Assembly (NCBI GenBank): GCA_951406725.2
Contig: OX597821.1
Coordinates: 68,820,001 to 68,884,000 of the forward strand
Direction of reading: 5' to 3'
Source: Octopus vulgaris
Taxonomy: Eukaryota
DNA length: 64,000 nucleotides
A program made the translations under genes and the position numbers. Shown here in pieces: positions 52,783 to 64,000 of this stretch. The first letter of the stretch is position 1. Each line of letters opens with the position of its first letter. The notes below the pieces were generated by a model. It made no database searches and was not told the origin of the DNA. It worked only from the letters and a program-made list of their open reading frames with translations.

Positions 52783-53470
52783 CTGTTGAAAGAAATAATC
52801 AAAAGTGTTTATATTTTGTTTACAAAATCCTTGTTGTAAACTTGTATGTTGAAACAAATTTTGTTGCATATTGGGAGGGTCATTATGCCAATGATAAACA
52901 AATGCACTGGTTCTGTTTCACTTCTTTTCAGGTCTGAAACAGACCTAGAGTAGAGAGGACGATGAAAGGATTTTGACAAAGCTAGCTAATTGATTGACCA
53001 AATGATTAGTTGATAAGTTAATTGGTTAAATGATTAACTAATTGACTAATAATAATAATAATGATCCTTTCTACTAAAGGCACAACACCTGAAATATGTA
53101 GGGAGGGGAATAATTGGTTACATCAACCCCAGTGTTTCACTGGTCCTTAGTTCACCAACCCTGAAAGGCAAAGTTGACCTCAGTGGGATTTGAACACTGA
53201 ATGTAAAGATGGACAAAATGCCACTAAGCATTTTATCCAGTGTGCTAATGATTCTGCTAGCTCACTCCCTTAAGAATAATAATAAAAGAAGTAAAATAGA
53301 ACCAGTAAATTTGTTTCTTATTGACATAGTGATCTTCCCAAGATACAAAAAAGAAAAAAACATAACCAGCCAATTCTAGTTTAAGAGAGATTGATGATTC
53401 AACACTAAATGTGATGAGGTTTACATGAAAATGTTGTGGAATGACTATATCGATATAAATATGTACCAAC

Positions 53471-53602
53471 CTGTTTCAGATCATCTTCTGTCATATTGCA
53501 AAGAGTCTCAGAAGTGATACGATGGCGTGAAAACAATGGTATGTAATCCTGAGCACCCGCTTGTTCTAGAATCTTAAGCACAGGAATTTCTAGCAACCAT
53601 TC
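53471..53602 (-). CDS. LRSAM1: LRSAM1 SAM domain exon (EWLLEIPVLKILEQAGAQDYIPLFSRHRITSETLCNMTEDDLKQ)
   Basis: 132 nt, phase 0-0, SAM consensus Y...F..h.I....L..MT..DL. Confidence 0.95.
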
Positions 53603-53998
53603 CTAGAAAACCAAATTTTTTAGTGTTAATTTTTTCAAATAAATAACTGTTGGTAACATTTTATAATTTGTATTTTGTATAATAAATCTGACCTTATTTT
53701 TGATGAATTTAAAAGAAATTAATTAAAAAAAAAAGTAGAAGAATTGGAACAAGCCATCTTCAAACGAATCCTACAAAACATGTAAAGATCAATATTAAAA
53801 AGCAACAAGAATTTGTTTAAATATATTATAACAGATACATTATTGGATAATTTCAAAATTTAAAACACAAATATTGCAACGACTGAAGCTGTTGATTTGA
53901 CTAAAAATTGCAGTGGAAAAGGAAATCTAAGACACCATTACTTATATAAAGAACCGTTTGGTGCAGAGAATATCCACCCAGACTTCACACACACTTAC

Positions 53999-54097
53999 TT
54001 GGTCAATTAGTGCTTGTGGTTTACGGTCCATCAAGCGTTGGTACTGCACCAACCAATAATCCGTTTGGTCTTGCAGCCGTTGCTCTTCCATTTCAAT
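53999..54097 (-). CDS. LRSAM1: LRSAM1 exon (IEMEEQRLQDQTDYWLVQYQRLMDRKPQALIDQ)
   Basis: 99 nt, phase 0-0. YWL.QYQRL..KP motif characteristic of LRSAM1. Confidence 0.95.
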
Positions 54098-55630
54098 CTA
54101 GAAATGAAAAACATAAATAAAAGAGAAAAAAAAAACAAGCCAACAAACAAACAAAACAACACAAGAAACTTCAGGGATTTTTCTGAAGTGTTACATTTGG
54201 AAAATTAGTTCAAAGGTCATGAGACATAGATCAATTCAAGTATTCGAAATCTAAACAATGTCAAGAACAGGAATTTCTCAATATATATCTCTGATGACTG
54301 ACTCAGTTTCTGTCCATGCGTCAGGAACAGGATAATCATTTGTTTGTGCCATATACAAGTGTGATTAAATTATTAGACCTTTTGTGATCACTCTCTTCTA
54401 AAATGTGAGTAGTCATGTAGCTCCTTTACAACAAGAAACCTGCTCACCACTGGCCCTTTCTCTCATACTTTTACCCATCTTTTAACTGAGCATAAAGTTA
54501 CCCCAACAGGGTTTTATTCTTGCATACTGCATAATGGCCTCATTAGTGCTGGTGGCACAAAAATAGCGCTCAGTACATGCTGTAAAGTGGTTGGTGTAAG
54601 GAAGGTCATCCAAACATAGAAACCGGCCAAAGTAGACAATGGAGCATGATGCAGTCCTTGGGCCCATCAGATCTTATCAAACTGTCCATCCGTGCCAGCA
54701 GGGAACTTGGACATTAAATGATGAAGTATTTAAGGTAATGTTCTTATGGCTGACATAAGAAAGAAAGAGGGAGATGCGGTTTTTATGCCTTTCTCAAAAA
54801 CATTAATAACATCAGTATTAATTATGACCGGAACATGATCTGCAACTTTACAGTTCCTCTGCTGTCATATATGAAGGTTTGATAGATTGTTTACTTCTCA
54901 TAGAAATTAAACTTAATGTTTTGAGACCTTGGCTTTCATGTATAAGGGAAAAAAAGGAGAGACAACAGTGTTGTCACTTTTAGTATGAGCAACAGACAGC
55001 ACTCTTTCTTTCTTCTTTACTTAGATGAAGGGAAGACCAAAAACATTCAATTCTACATTTAATCATCATCACCATCATCATTTAACATCCATTTTCCTTG
55101 CTGGCAAGAGCTGTCCAGGCTCCAGCTGTCTGTTTTGGCATGTTCTTTACAGCTGGATGCCCTTCCTAATTCCAAACACTTTACAGAGTGTGCTGGGTGC
55201 ATTTTATGTTGTACTGGCATGAGTGTATGGCCATAAAAGGACATGCCTGTATGTATGGATGGCCATGATTTTACTTAGCTTGATGTGCCTTCTCTACACT
55301 TCTCAGAGAGTAGGAACTTATCAGACTCCTATACTGACCAATACCGAATTCTTTAGGTTTCTAAATTTTACTTTATTATATAACTCAGATTATTTGCAAG
55401 AATAATTGTGACCCAAATGTCACAAAAGCTGAGTGGTTCCCAATCACTAGAGCAGTAGTTTTTCAAACACTGGTGCATTTCAGATAATAACTAGCTGTGC
55501 AACATATTTTTTAAAATATAATTTAAAGCTTTGGAAAATCCATACTTGAATATTTTGAAAAAATTGCTATTCATGATTTTGTTATACACAAATATGACCA
55601 GTATAACAAGGTAAGTATTGGTTTTCTATA

Positions 55631-56040
55631 CTCTTTTACTCTTTTACTCGTTTCAGTCATTTGACTGTGACCATGCTGGAGCACCACCTTTAGCCAAACA
55701 AATCGAGCCCAGGACTTATTCTTTGTAAGCCTAGTACTTATTCTATCGGTCTCTTTTGCCGAACTGCTAAATTACAGGGACGTAAACACACCAGCATCGG
55801 TTGTCAAGCAATGTTGGAGGGACAAACACAAACATACACACACACACATATATATGTGTATATATATATATATACACACACACACATATATACGACAGGC
55901 TTCTTTCAGTTTCCGTCTACAAAATCTACTTACAAGGCTATAGTAGAAGACACTTGCCCAAGGTTCCACGCAATGGGACTGAACCCGGAACTATGAAGTT
56001 CATAAGCAAGCTACTTACCACACAGCCACTGTTATGCCTA
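55631..56040 (-). mobile_element. Same SINE family, minus-strand copy
   Basis: Reverse complement of 23147-23562, including the microsatellite. Confidence 0.85.
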
Positions 56041-57254
56041 TATATATATTTTTCTTAAATTGCTAACTTTAAAACATAGGTACAGTGCAACTGTGTGGTT
56101 AAAGAGTTTGCTTTCCAAATACATGGTTCTAGGTTCAGTCCTACCATGTGTCACCTTGGGGTAAATATCTTCTACTATAGTCCTGGATCAACCAAAGATT
56201 TGCGAGTGGATTTGGTAGATGGAAACAGAAAGAAGCTTGTCATACAGCTGTATGTGCGTGCAAGTGTGAGAGTGTTTGTCTCCTTGTCTTGACATTGTGT
56301 GATTGATGTGAGCGAATATCATATATACCTAATATTCTATGAAAACATGTCTGGTCATAGGGAAATGTTACCTTACATGGAAACAGGTAAGGGTTGGCAA
56401 CTGGGTGGGCATCCAACTTTAGAGAATCTGCCTCAATAAATTCACTCTGACTCATTGCAAGCGGAGAAAAGTGGACATTAAAATGAAGAAAAAAAAAACC
56501 TTTGATACATAGATTTTCTTTTTACCTTTCCTATGAAGTGAACCAATAATTTTTTGTTTGCTCTTCAGTGTGTTAAAAAGTTGAAATGATTGAGAATCAC
56601 TGAGTATTAAGCTCAAAACTTGTCATAAATATTCTTTCACAACCTCACTGCCATAAATAATCTTTCAGTACCTCACTGTATTTTCCTTAAAATTTGTCAT
56701 CACCCCTAAAGTAGTATTCTACTTTATGTAATGATTTTCCCTGATATTTTCTGGCTTAAAAAGGATCTAACAATCTACAGCACTGAGATGCTATACTAAA
56801 ATTACAAATTATGGTTTTGAACAGCTGAAGTACCACCACGAGTAAAATTGTTACCAACCAAACCAATGGAAGAAGCCTGTATGAGGCTAACCAACATGGT
56901 AAAAACAGCAGTTAAGTGTTTCTGAAATGAAACCATACCATCTCAGAAAAGAACACATTAGATAATATAGTCCTTGGTGCACACTGCAGATGAAAAAAAA
57001 ACAATACATGATTGTCACAGCTAGACTGACCTGATATTAAACAAGAGTAACCTAATGAATGTTGTAGCTGTGTTAACAGTAATAACTGATACGGTCAATA
57101 ACAGAGAAGTGTCACTTTAGTAGCACAAATACAGAGTAAAGAGTCACATGTGAAATATTATGGAAGTCATTGAAAAGCACTAAGTAAGCAGAGCAACAAG
57201 AAAATGACCAAACAACACCAAGTGGCCAGAAGAAAGAAAGAGTAGTTAACTCAC

Positions 57255-57350
57255 AAGCCTCATCTTCAGTTGTTCCTCTCGCTTGTCTCGCTCAGCAATG
57301 AGCTGCATTAACATACCAGTTAGAGCTATCCTCTTGTCAGCCAGAATATT
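57255..57350 (-). CDS. LRSAM1: LRSAM1 exon (NILADKRIALTGMLMQLIAERDKREEQLKMRL)
   Basis: 96 nt, phase 0-0, (CT)n tract plus CAG acceptor, GTGAG donor. Confidence 0.92.
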
Positions 57351-58174
57351 CTGTAAGAGAGAGAGAGAGAGAGAAAGGAAGATGAAAATAGATCAGAGCA
57401 AATTATGAAGAAATGTTTCAAAGATCAACTGATACAGACATTTATGAATGCTTCAACTGGACTTACTTCTACATTCTCTGTTGTTAGGAATTCTATGGCA
57501 TTAGCAAGGGTATCTATCCATAGAAACCATCCTGCAGCTCATCAGATACTGTCAAACCACCCAACCCATGCAAGCATGGAAAACATATGTTAAATGATAG
57601 TGGTGATGATGATGATGAATTTGGACATGAATGCCTATATAGTGCCAATCAGTAAGGATGCTAGTGTTAAACAGATGGTAATATGGCTTCTATTGTACTG
57701 CTAGTCATATCACTGCACATATACCAGTGGCACATAAAAGGCACCATTCGAGTGTGATCGTTACCAGCGTCGCCTAACTGGCACTTGTGCCCCATGCTAG
57801 CAGGGTGCTAAGAGTACCATCCGAGCATGATCGTTGCCAGAGCGGCTAAGTGGCTTCCGTGCCGGTGGCACGTAAAAGGCACCATTCGAGCATGATCGTT
57901 ACCAGCGTCGCCTTACTGGCACCTGTGCCGGTGGCATGTGTAAAAAGATTCGAGCAAGGTCGTTGCCAGTACAGCCTGACTGGTCCCCATGCCGGTGACA
58001 CATAAAAAGCACCCACTACACTCTCAGAGTGGTTGGTGATAGGAAGGGCATCCAGCTGTAGAAACTCTGCCAGATCAAGATTGGAGCCTGGTGCAGCCAT
58101 CTGGTTCGCCAGCCCTCAGTCAAATTGTCCAACCCATGCTATCATGGAAAGCAGACATTAAACGATGATGATGA

Positions 58175-58470
58175 CCAACTGAGATTATGGATACCATCCA
58201 ACCATCTTGCTCTTGGTCTACACCTAGGTCTCCAGCTAGTTGACTTGGCTTCAAAAATCCATTTTGCTATCCTTTCCTGGTGCATTCTAACCACGTGTCC
58301 ATAATACCAAAGCTGTGACTTCTCAATGCAGAGAAGTAGCAGTTCAACCAGGAGAGACACCCTGATCTTTGAGTTATACACCCTGTCAAGTAACATTAGT
58401 TCAGAGATTCTTTGGAGGAACCCCATTTTGGCAGTTTGAATTCAGGATTGCACTCTTTTGGTTGTTACCC
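58175..58470 (-). mobile_element. RTE-like LINE C-terminal fragment
   Basis: IEKSQLWYYGHVVRMHQERIAKWIFEAK...RPRCRPRARWLD resembles an RTE ORF end. Confidence 0.7.
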
Positions 58471-58553
58471 AACATTCATGACCACAGGTGAAGATAAAAT
58501 GATGCTGCTATTTTGCTCAGCTTAAAATAAAGAAAGAGAATGTTTTCTTTTAC

Positions 58554-58709
58554 CTTTTCCATGTCTATTCGTAATTCTTTCCTCTCAATTTCAATTGCCG
58601 TCAACTGAGCCAATTCTTTCTCAATCAGAGAAATCTGCGAGGAAACCCGACTGTGACGCGAGTCTTTTTGCATAAGCAGAGCTTCAAAAGCTGCTTTCTG
58701 AAGTTCTTC
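58554..58709 (-). CDS. LRSAM1: LRSAM1 coiled-coil exon (EELQKAAFEALLMQKDSRHSRVSSQISLIEKELAQLTAIEIERKELRIDMEK)
   Basis: 156 nt, phase 0-0. QKAAFEAL..KD and LIE.EL.QLT motifs recalled from LRSAM1. Confidence 0.93.
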
Positions 58710-59916
58710 CTGATGATAAAAAAATTTAAAAAAATTTTTTTAATTATTTCTCTGCACATGAAATATTAGCATGTGATTCTTTTATCTTATAAGTATGTAA
58801 ATGCTATTTCATATAAAGCTTAATAATTCAGGTACTAGACTTTTAAACATTCAAAATGCACTGTAGCTGCTGAGTCAAGACTTCTGACAAAATGGTTAGG
58901 AGTTCAGATATCACATCTATTTTTTGTACCCCAAAATATGATGCAAAATTTTGCTTGTATTAGTTTATACACCTGATAAGTGAGTTGTTATTTTTACAGC
59001 TGACTGATTAGCAGTTGAATGTTTATTCAGCTGTAAACACAACTGTTCTCATATGAATTTACACCAAACTCAATCTATCTTTGCAAGCATGGAAGGTAAA
59101 AAAAAAAAAAAAAACAGTGGAAACCCCATCATGGCACTAACAAAGACCCAAATATACATGCAGACAAACATGTACATAAGTAGACATTTGAGAAACTATC
59201 AAAGGTAATATGAGGACTACCAGATGAAATGCTCATAACTATGTTGTTGGAAACCATTTAATGAGGAATAGCCATTTCACTGACTGTGAATACATAATAT
59301 TATTCACATTCGCCTTTAAAAATTAGGGAGTCTCTATTAAAAACCCAAGAATTATATTGACCCTGAAAAACAAAAAAAACATCATATTTGAAGTCTAATT
59401 TTCCCTTACTTCAGATGTATTGTAAAACCTGCATTATTTAACAGTATATTTATTCAAATTCAAAAGGCCCTTCAGTTGATCAGTAAACTATCTCAAAACT
59501 AACCCTACTCCATGGAAATCTAGGTACATTTTAAGCTTAATTAAAAAAAAAACGAGTCTCTCATCATTTCTCATATGTCTGACACAAAGCATAATTAAAT
59601 TCCAGAAATCTTTCCTGAACTTACTCCTGTCGATTGGGTACCCATTTGAAACTCAAGATAAGGGTTGGATGCTAACTTCCAGAGAAAACATTCCCCATTC
59701 ATAAATACTATTGTGAAGCATCCCCTCCCTATCTACATTTACTTGAAACATTATTTTGACCTCAGCCCCTACAAATCCAAGATGACCGTATCAAGTTAAG
59801 GATCAAGTGCTTACTTCAAAGACATCTCCAGAATCAAAGACAAAAAAAAAGTGTTTTATATACTAGATCACGAGACTGGCTAATAAAGAGTTGTCAGAAG
59901 AAATACCACAACAAAC

Positions 59917-60001
59917 CTGCTGAGTAAGAACTTTGAACATTTCATCCTGTTCTGCCGACTTTGATTGCAAGATATCATTCAACACAGTGGAATTCATCTC
60001 T
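59917..60001 (-). CDS. LRSAM1: LRSAM1 exon (EMNSTVLNDILQSKSAEQDEMFKVLTQQ)
   Basis: 85 nt, phase 2->0, long T tract plus CAG acceptor, GT donor. Confidence 0.85.
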
Positions 60002-60211
60002 CTGGGGATAAAAAAAAAAAAAAACAAGAATAAATCTTTATTGAAACACAGCAACATAAGAGAATTGGCAGTGAATGATGGGTTGACTTCACAGGCAGTG
60101 AACATTGTAACAGGTATAAACAATGAATAGCCACAGCTTTTCTAGTTCAGTCAAGGCTGAGAATACACAACATCCAAAATTAAATGAAAGGTAAAATTCA
60201 GGAATATTTAC

Positions 60212-60311
60212 TTTTCTAGTGCATTTCTGGCAGCATGTTTCTTATCAGCATCGTGTTTCCTTCGACAAGTCTCCAAGAAGGCAGAACTATTCAATATTTC
60301 TTCCATGCGGT
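60212..60311 (-). CDS. LRSAM1: LRSAM1 internal exon (RMEEILNSSAFLETCRRKHDADKKHAARNALE); upstream exons lie beyond the window
   Basis: AAG acceptor and GTAAAT donor, 100 nt, open frame, ends in phase 2 matching the next exon. Confidence 0.8.
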
Positions 60312-61246
60312 CTTTAAAGGAAAACAAAACAGTATCATCCTCATCATATATATATATAATCATCATAATCATTTAATGTCTGCTTGCCATGACCCAGCAG
60401 AAGACTGCACTAAAGTTCTGTGCCTGTTTTGGTATGGTTTTTATGATTGGATGCCTTTCCTAACACCAACCACTCCACAGAGTGTGCTGAGTGCTTTTTA
60501 CGTGGCACCAGCATAGGTGAAGTCAGTTTAGGCATGGTTTTTACAGCTAGATGCCCGTCTAAGTGCCAACCACTTTACAATGTGGACTGAATGCTTTTTA
60601 CGCGACATATTTGGAAGAGCGTCCAGCTGTAAAAACCTTGCCAAAACTGACCTCGCCTGTGCTTGTGCCACATAAAAAGCACTCTGCTGAGTGGTTGGTG
60701 TTAGGAAGGGCGTCCAACTGTAAAAATCCTGCCATAACAATCACAGAAATCTGGTGCAGGCTTCAGCATGGCCAGCTCTTGTGGTATTGTCCCACCCATG
60801 CTAGTATAGAACACGGACATATGATGATGATAATATATGTAGAGAGAGAGAGAGAGAGATAGCATATGTGTGTATGTGTGTGTGTAATGGATATATATAT
60901 ATATATATATACATATATATTACAAGAAGCTGAGACAAGGTGCAGGCATGGCTGAGTGGCTTAAAAGTTTGTTTCCTAATCATGTTGTATTGGGTTCAGT
61001 CCCACTTCATAAGCAAGTGTCTTCTACTATAATACTGGATAGTGCGTGTGAGTGCGTATATGTTTATGTCTGTCTGTCTTGACATGGCATGACAGTTGTA
61101 AATGAGTGTCACTGTCATACAAGCAGTGTCATTTGTTTTCAAAATTATGCCAAAGCATATCTATCTATGGAGAAATATTACCTTGCATGGAAACAGGTGA
61201 GTGCTGACAATATGAAGGTTATAAAAATTCTGCCTCAATAAATATA

Positions 61247-61286
<40 letters not shown>

Positions 61287-62294
61287 CATCATCATCATCA
61301 TTGTTTAATGTCCACCTTCCATGCATGCATGGGGGGGGGGGGTAGGATGGTTCACAGGAGCTGGCCAGGTAGAAAAGCTACACCAAGCTACGGTGTCTGT
61401 TTTGGCAGGGTTTTTACAGTGGATGCCCTTCCTAACACCAACCACTCTGCAAAATGGACACAGTGCTTGTTACATGGCACTAGCACAGACAAGGCTAATT
61501 TTGACATGGCTTTTACAGCTGGATGCCCTTCCAAATGTCAACCACTTCACAGTGTCAACTGGGTGCTTTTTACACACACACATACAGAGTCAAAAGGTGA
61601 GCGCTAGAGATGCTAAATACAGAAAACATGTGCTGGTGCTCAAATGATTTGAACTTAAACTCTGAAGTTATAGAGGACTAGGTCCAAAGGGTAAAGAGTG
61701 GTTATAAGAGAAACCCAGGTGAGCTGATAACGGAGATAGTGATGTAGATAAACACAATAAGGCTTGATATATATAAATATACATACATATACTCATATAT
61801 AGGGATATATATATATATACATAGATACAAAAACTAAATATATTCAGAAGATAAACACATATGTACAAGCATCATCATCTTCCTTTAGCATCCATTTGTC
61901 CATGCTGACATGGGTTGGACGGTTTGACCAGGGCTGGCAAGCTGAGGGGCTGCACCAGACTCCTGTCTGACTTGGCATGGTTTCTACAGCTGGATGCCCT
62001 TCCTAATGCCAACCATTCCGAGAGTGTAATGGGTGCTTTTACGTGCCACCGGCATGGGTGCCAGTTGTGTGATACCAGTATCTGCCACGAGTACGATTTC
62101 ACTTGGTTTGATGGGTCTTCTTTCTCAAGCACAGCGTATTGCCAAAGGTCTCGGTCGTTTGTCATTGTCTCTGTGAGGCCCAGTGCTTGAAAGGGGCTTT
62201 TTACGTACCACTGGCATGAGTGCTAGTTACACGGCACTGGCATCGACATTGACAAATATATCTGATTTTAAATCGAGTATAAAAAATATAAGAA

Positions 62295-63165
62295 ACTACT
62301 GAGAGAATGCATAGTTTTTTTAACAGTATTGCTAGAATAAGAATGGGCTGGGAAAAGTTCAGAAAGATTCTATATTTGTTGGTAACAAAGGGCCTCTCTC
62401 TCAGAGACTGTGTATGAATAGCTATTCTACATGGCAGTGAAACATGGGCTGTGACTGCAGAGAACATGTCATGGCTTAAAAGAAACGGAACTGGTATACT
62501 CCGCTGGATGTGCAATGTCAGTGTGAAGGTATGACAGAGTGCAAGTGCTTTAACAGAGAAAGATTGGGCATAAGTGACATCAGATGTGGCATGCAAGAGA
62601 GATGACTATGCTGGTATGGTCATGTGATACGTATGAGTGAAAACAAGGACAACTGCATAAAAAAAGTGCCAATCTCTAACTTTGAAGGGAACCTGTTGAA
62701 GAGGTAGATCAAGGAAGACGTGGAATGAGGTTGAGAAATAGGACCTTCAGATGTTGAGTCTCACAGAGGTGATGACAAGTGACTGAGATTATTGGCAAAT
62801 TGCTGTACTTGAGAAGACATATCAAGTTAAGTGAAACCATAGTTGTGGCCATTGCCTGTGACACTTGAAAGGCATCCGTGCCGGTGACACAAAAAGGCAC
62901 CCATGCTGGTGACACACAAAAGGCACCCATGTTGGTGACACACAAAAGGCACCCATGCCGGTGACACATTGAAGACACCAGTGCTTTTGACATGCAAATG
63001 ACACCTAGTACACTCTATGGAGTGGTTGGCATTAGGAAGGGCATCCAGTCATAGAAACCAAGCCAAAACAGACTGGAGCCAGATACAGCTTACCAGTTCC
63101 AGTCAAACCATCTTATCCATGCCAGTTGGAAAATAGATGCTGAATGATGACAATGATGATGATGT
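62295..63165 (+). mobile_element. Degenerate RTE LINE 3' fragment
   Basis: Frameshifted post-RT sequence (LHGSETWAV, RWMCNV, WYGHV.RM, GR.RKTW) followed by the same 3'UTR and (GAT)n tail. Confidence 0.8.
62880..62968 (+). repeat. ~26-bp tandem repeat (about 3.5 copies) inside the LINE 3'UTR
   Basis: GGTGACACACAAAAGGCACCCATGYY repeated. Confidence 0.85.
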
Positions 63166-63470
63166 GTATAGATGTGTATATGTATGTGCATGTGTATGTA
63201 TATTTATGCATTTGTGTGTATTTATGCACATGTGTGTGGGGATGAGTGGATGTATGTTTGTGTTTCTTTGCAAGTACCTGATCTCATTAGTGCTGGTGCT
63301 ATAAAAAAAAAGCCCCCAGTACTCTCTGTAAAATAGTTAGCATGAGGAAGGGCATCTAGCAGTAGAAACCATGCCAAAATAGACACTGGAGCTTGCTGCA
63401 TCCCTCTGCCTTGTTTCCTGTTGAATTGGCCAACCTATGCCAGCAAAGGAAAAAGGGATGCTAAATGATG

Positions 63471-63515
<45 letters not shown>

Positions 63516-64000
63516 ACGTGTGAAGGCTTGTGGCTTAGTGGTTAGAGTGTTCAGCTCATGATCATAAGGTTGTGAGTTCAATTGCTTGCGGCGCATCTCC
63601 TTGAGCAAAACACTTTATTTCACATTGTTCCAGCCCACTCAGCTGGCAAAAATGAGGTGTAGTTGTATTTCAAAAGGGCCAGCCATATCACACTTTGTGT
63701 CATGCTGAATCTCCCTGAGAATTACATTAAGGGTTTGCGTGTTTGCAGAGTGCTCAGCCATTTGCATGCTAATTTCATGAGCAGGCTGTTCTGTTGATCA
63801 GATTCCTCATTGTTGTCACCGACAGAGTATCAGATGTTCAGAGTATACATTGTTTGCTTTCCAGACATTTTTACATTACTGCATGTACTTTATATGCACT
63901 TTCTGACAAGCTGTGGTGCACCTGAGCAATGTATACAATAATTTCATTATTATTATCATGTATGTGTATATTTACAATTAAAAAAAATAATGAGACAACT

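Noticed and set aside
52456-52869. 137-aa ORF as a single coding unit
   Set aside because: Only 52693-52782 is the LRSAM1 exon; the rest is intron read-through.
57725-58010. Repeat-spacer-like pattern resembling a CRISPR array
   Set aside because: Degenerate tandem units inside a retroelement tail in eukaryotic DNA, with no unique spacers or cas genes.

Overview
AT-rich, intron- and SINE-dense animal DNA; the repeat content suggests an octopus or other coleoid cephalopod (inference). Three spliced genes were reconstructed by hand from GT-AG boundaries and exon phases. (1) CSNK2B (CK2 beta, minus strand, CDS 25233->9152) is complete, about 221 aa. (2) POLE3/CHRAC17 (plus strand, ATG 33494) is divergent from CSNK2B across a repeat-free region with E2F, ETS, NRF1, YY1 and DRE motifs. 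(3) The 3' half of LRSAM1 (minus strand, coiled coil-SAM-PSAP-RING, stop 46904) converges tail-to-tail on POLE3. The main finding is a tandemly duplicated CSNK2B exon (16780-16892 versus the canonical 15164-15279). Both copies are intact and in the same phase, and including both or neither shifts the frame, which predicts mutually exclusive isoforms differing in the regulatory acidic loop. Also present: a fold-back mariner derivative, TTAA piggyBac-type MITEs, a decayed initiator tRNA-Met, Penelope/hammerhead-like remnants, RTE LINE fragments, inverted SINE pairs and candidate poison or alternative terminal exons. Almost all entries in the supplied ORF track are spurious. Repeat boundaries are approximate, and homologies are recalled from memory rather than searched.
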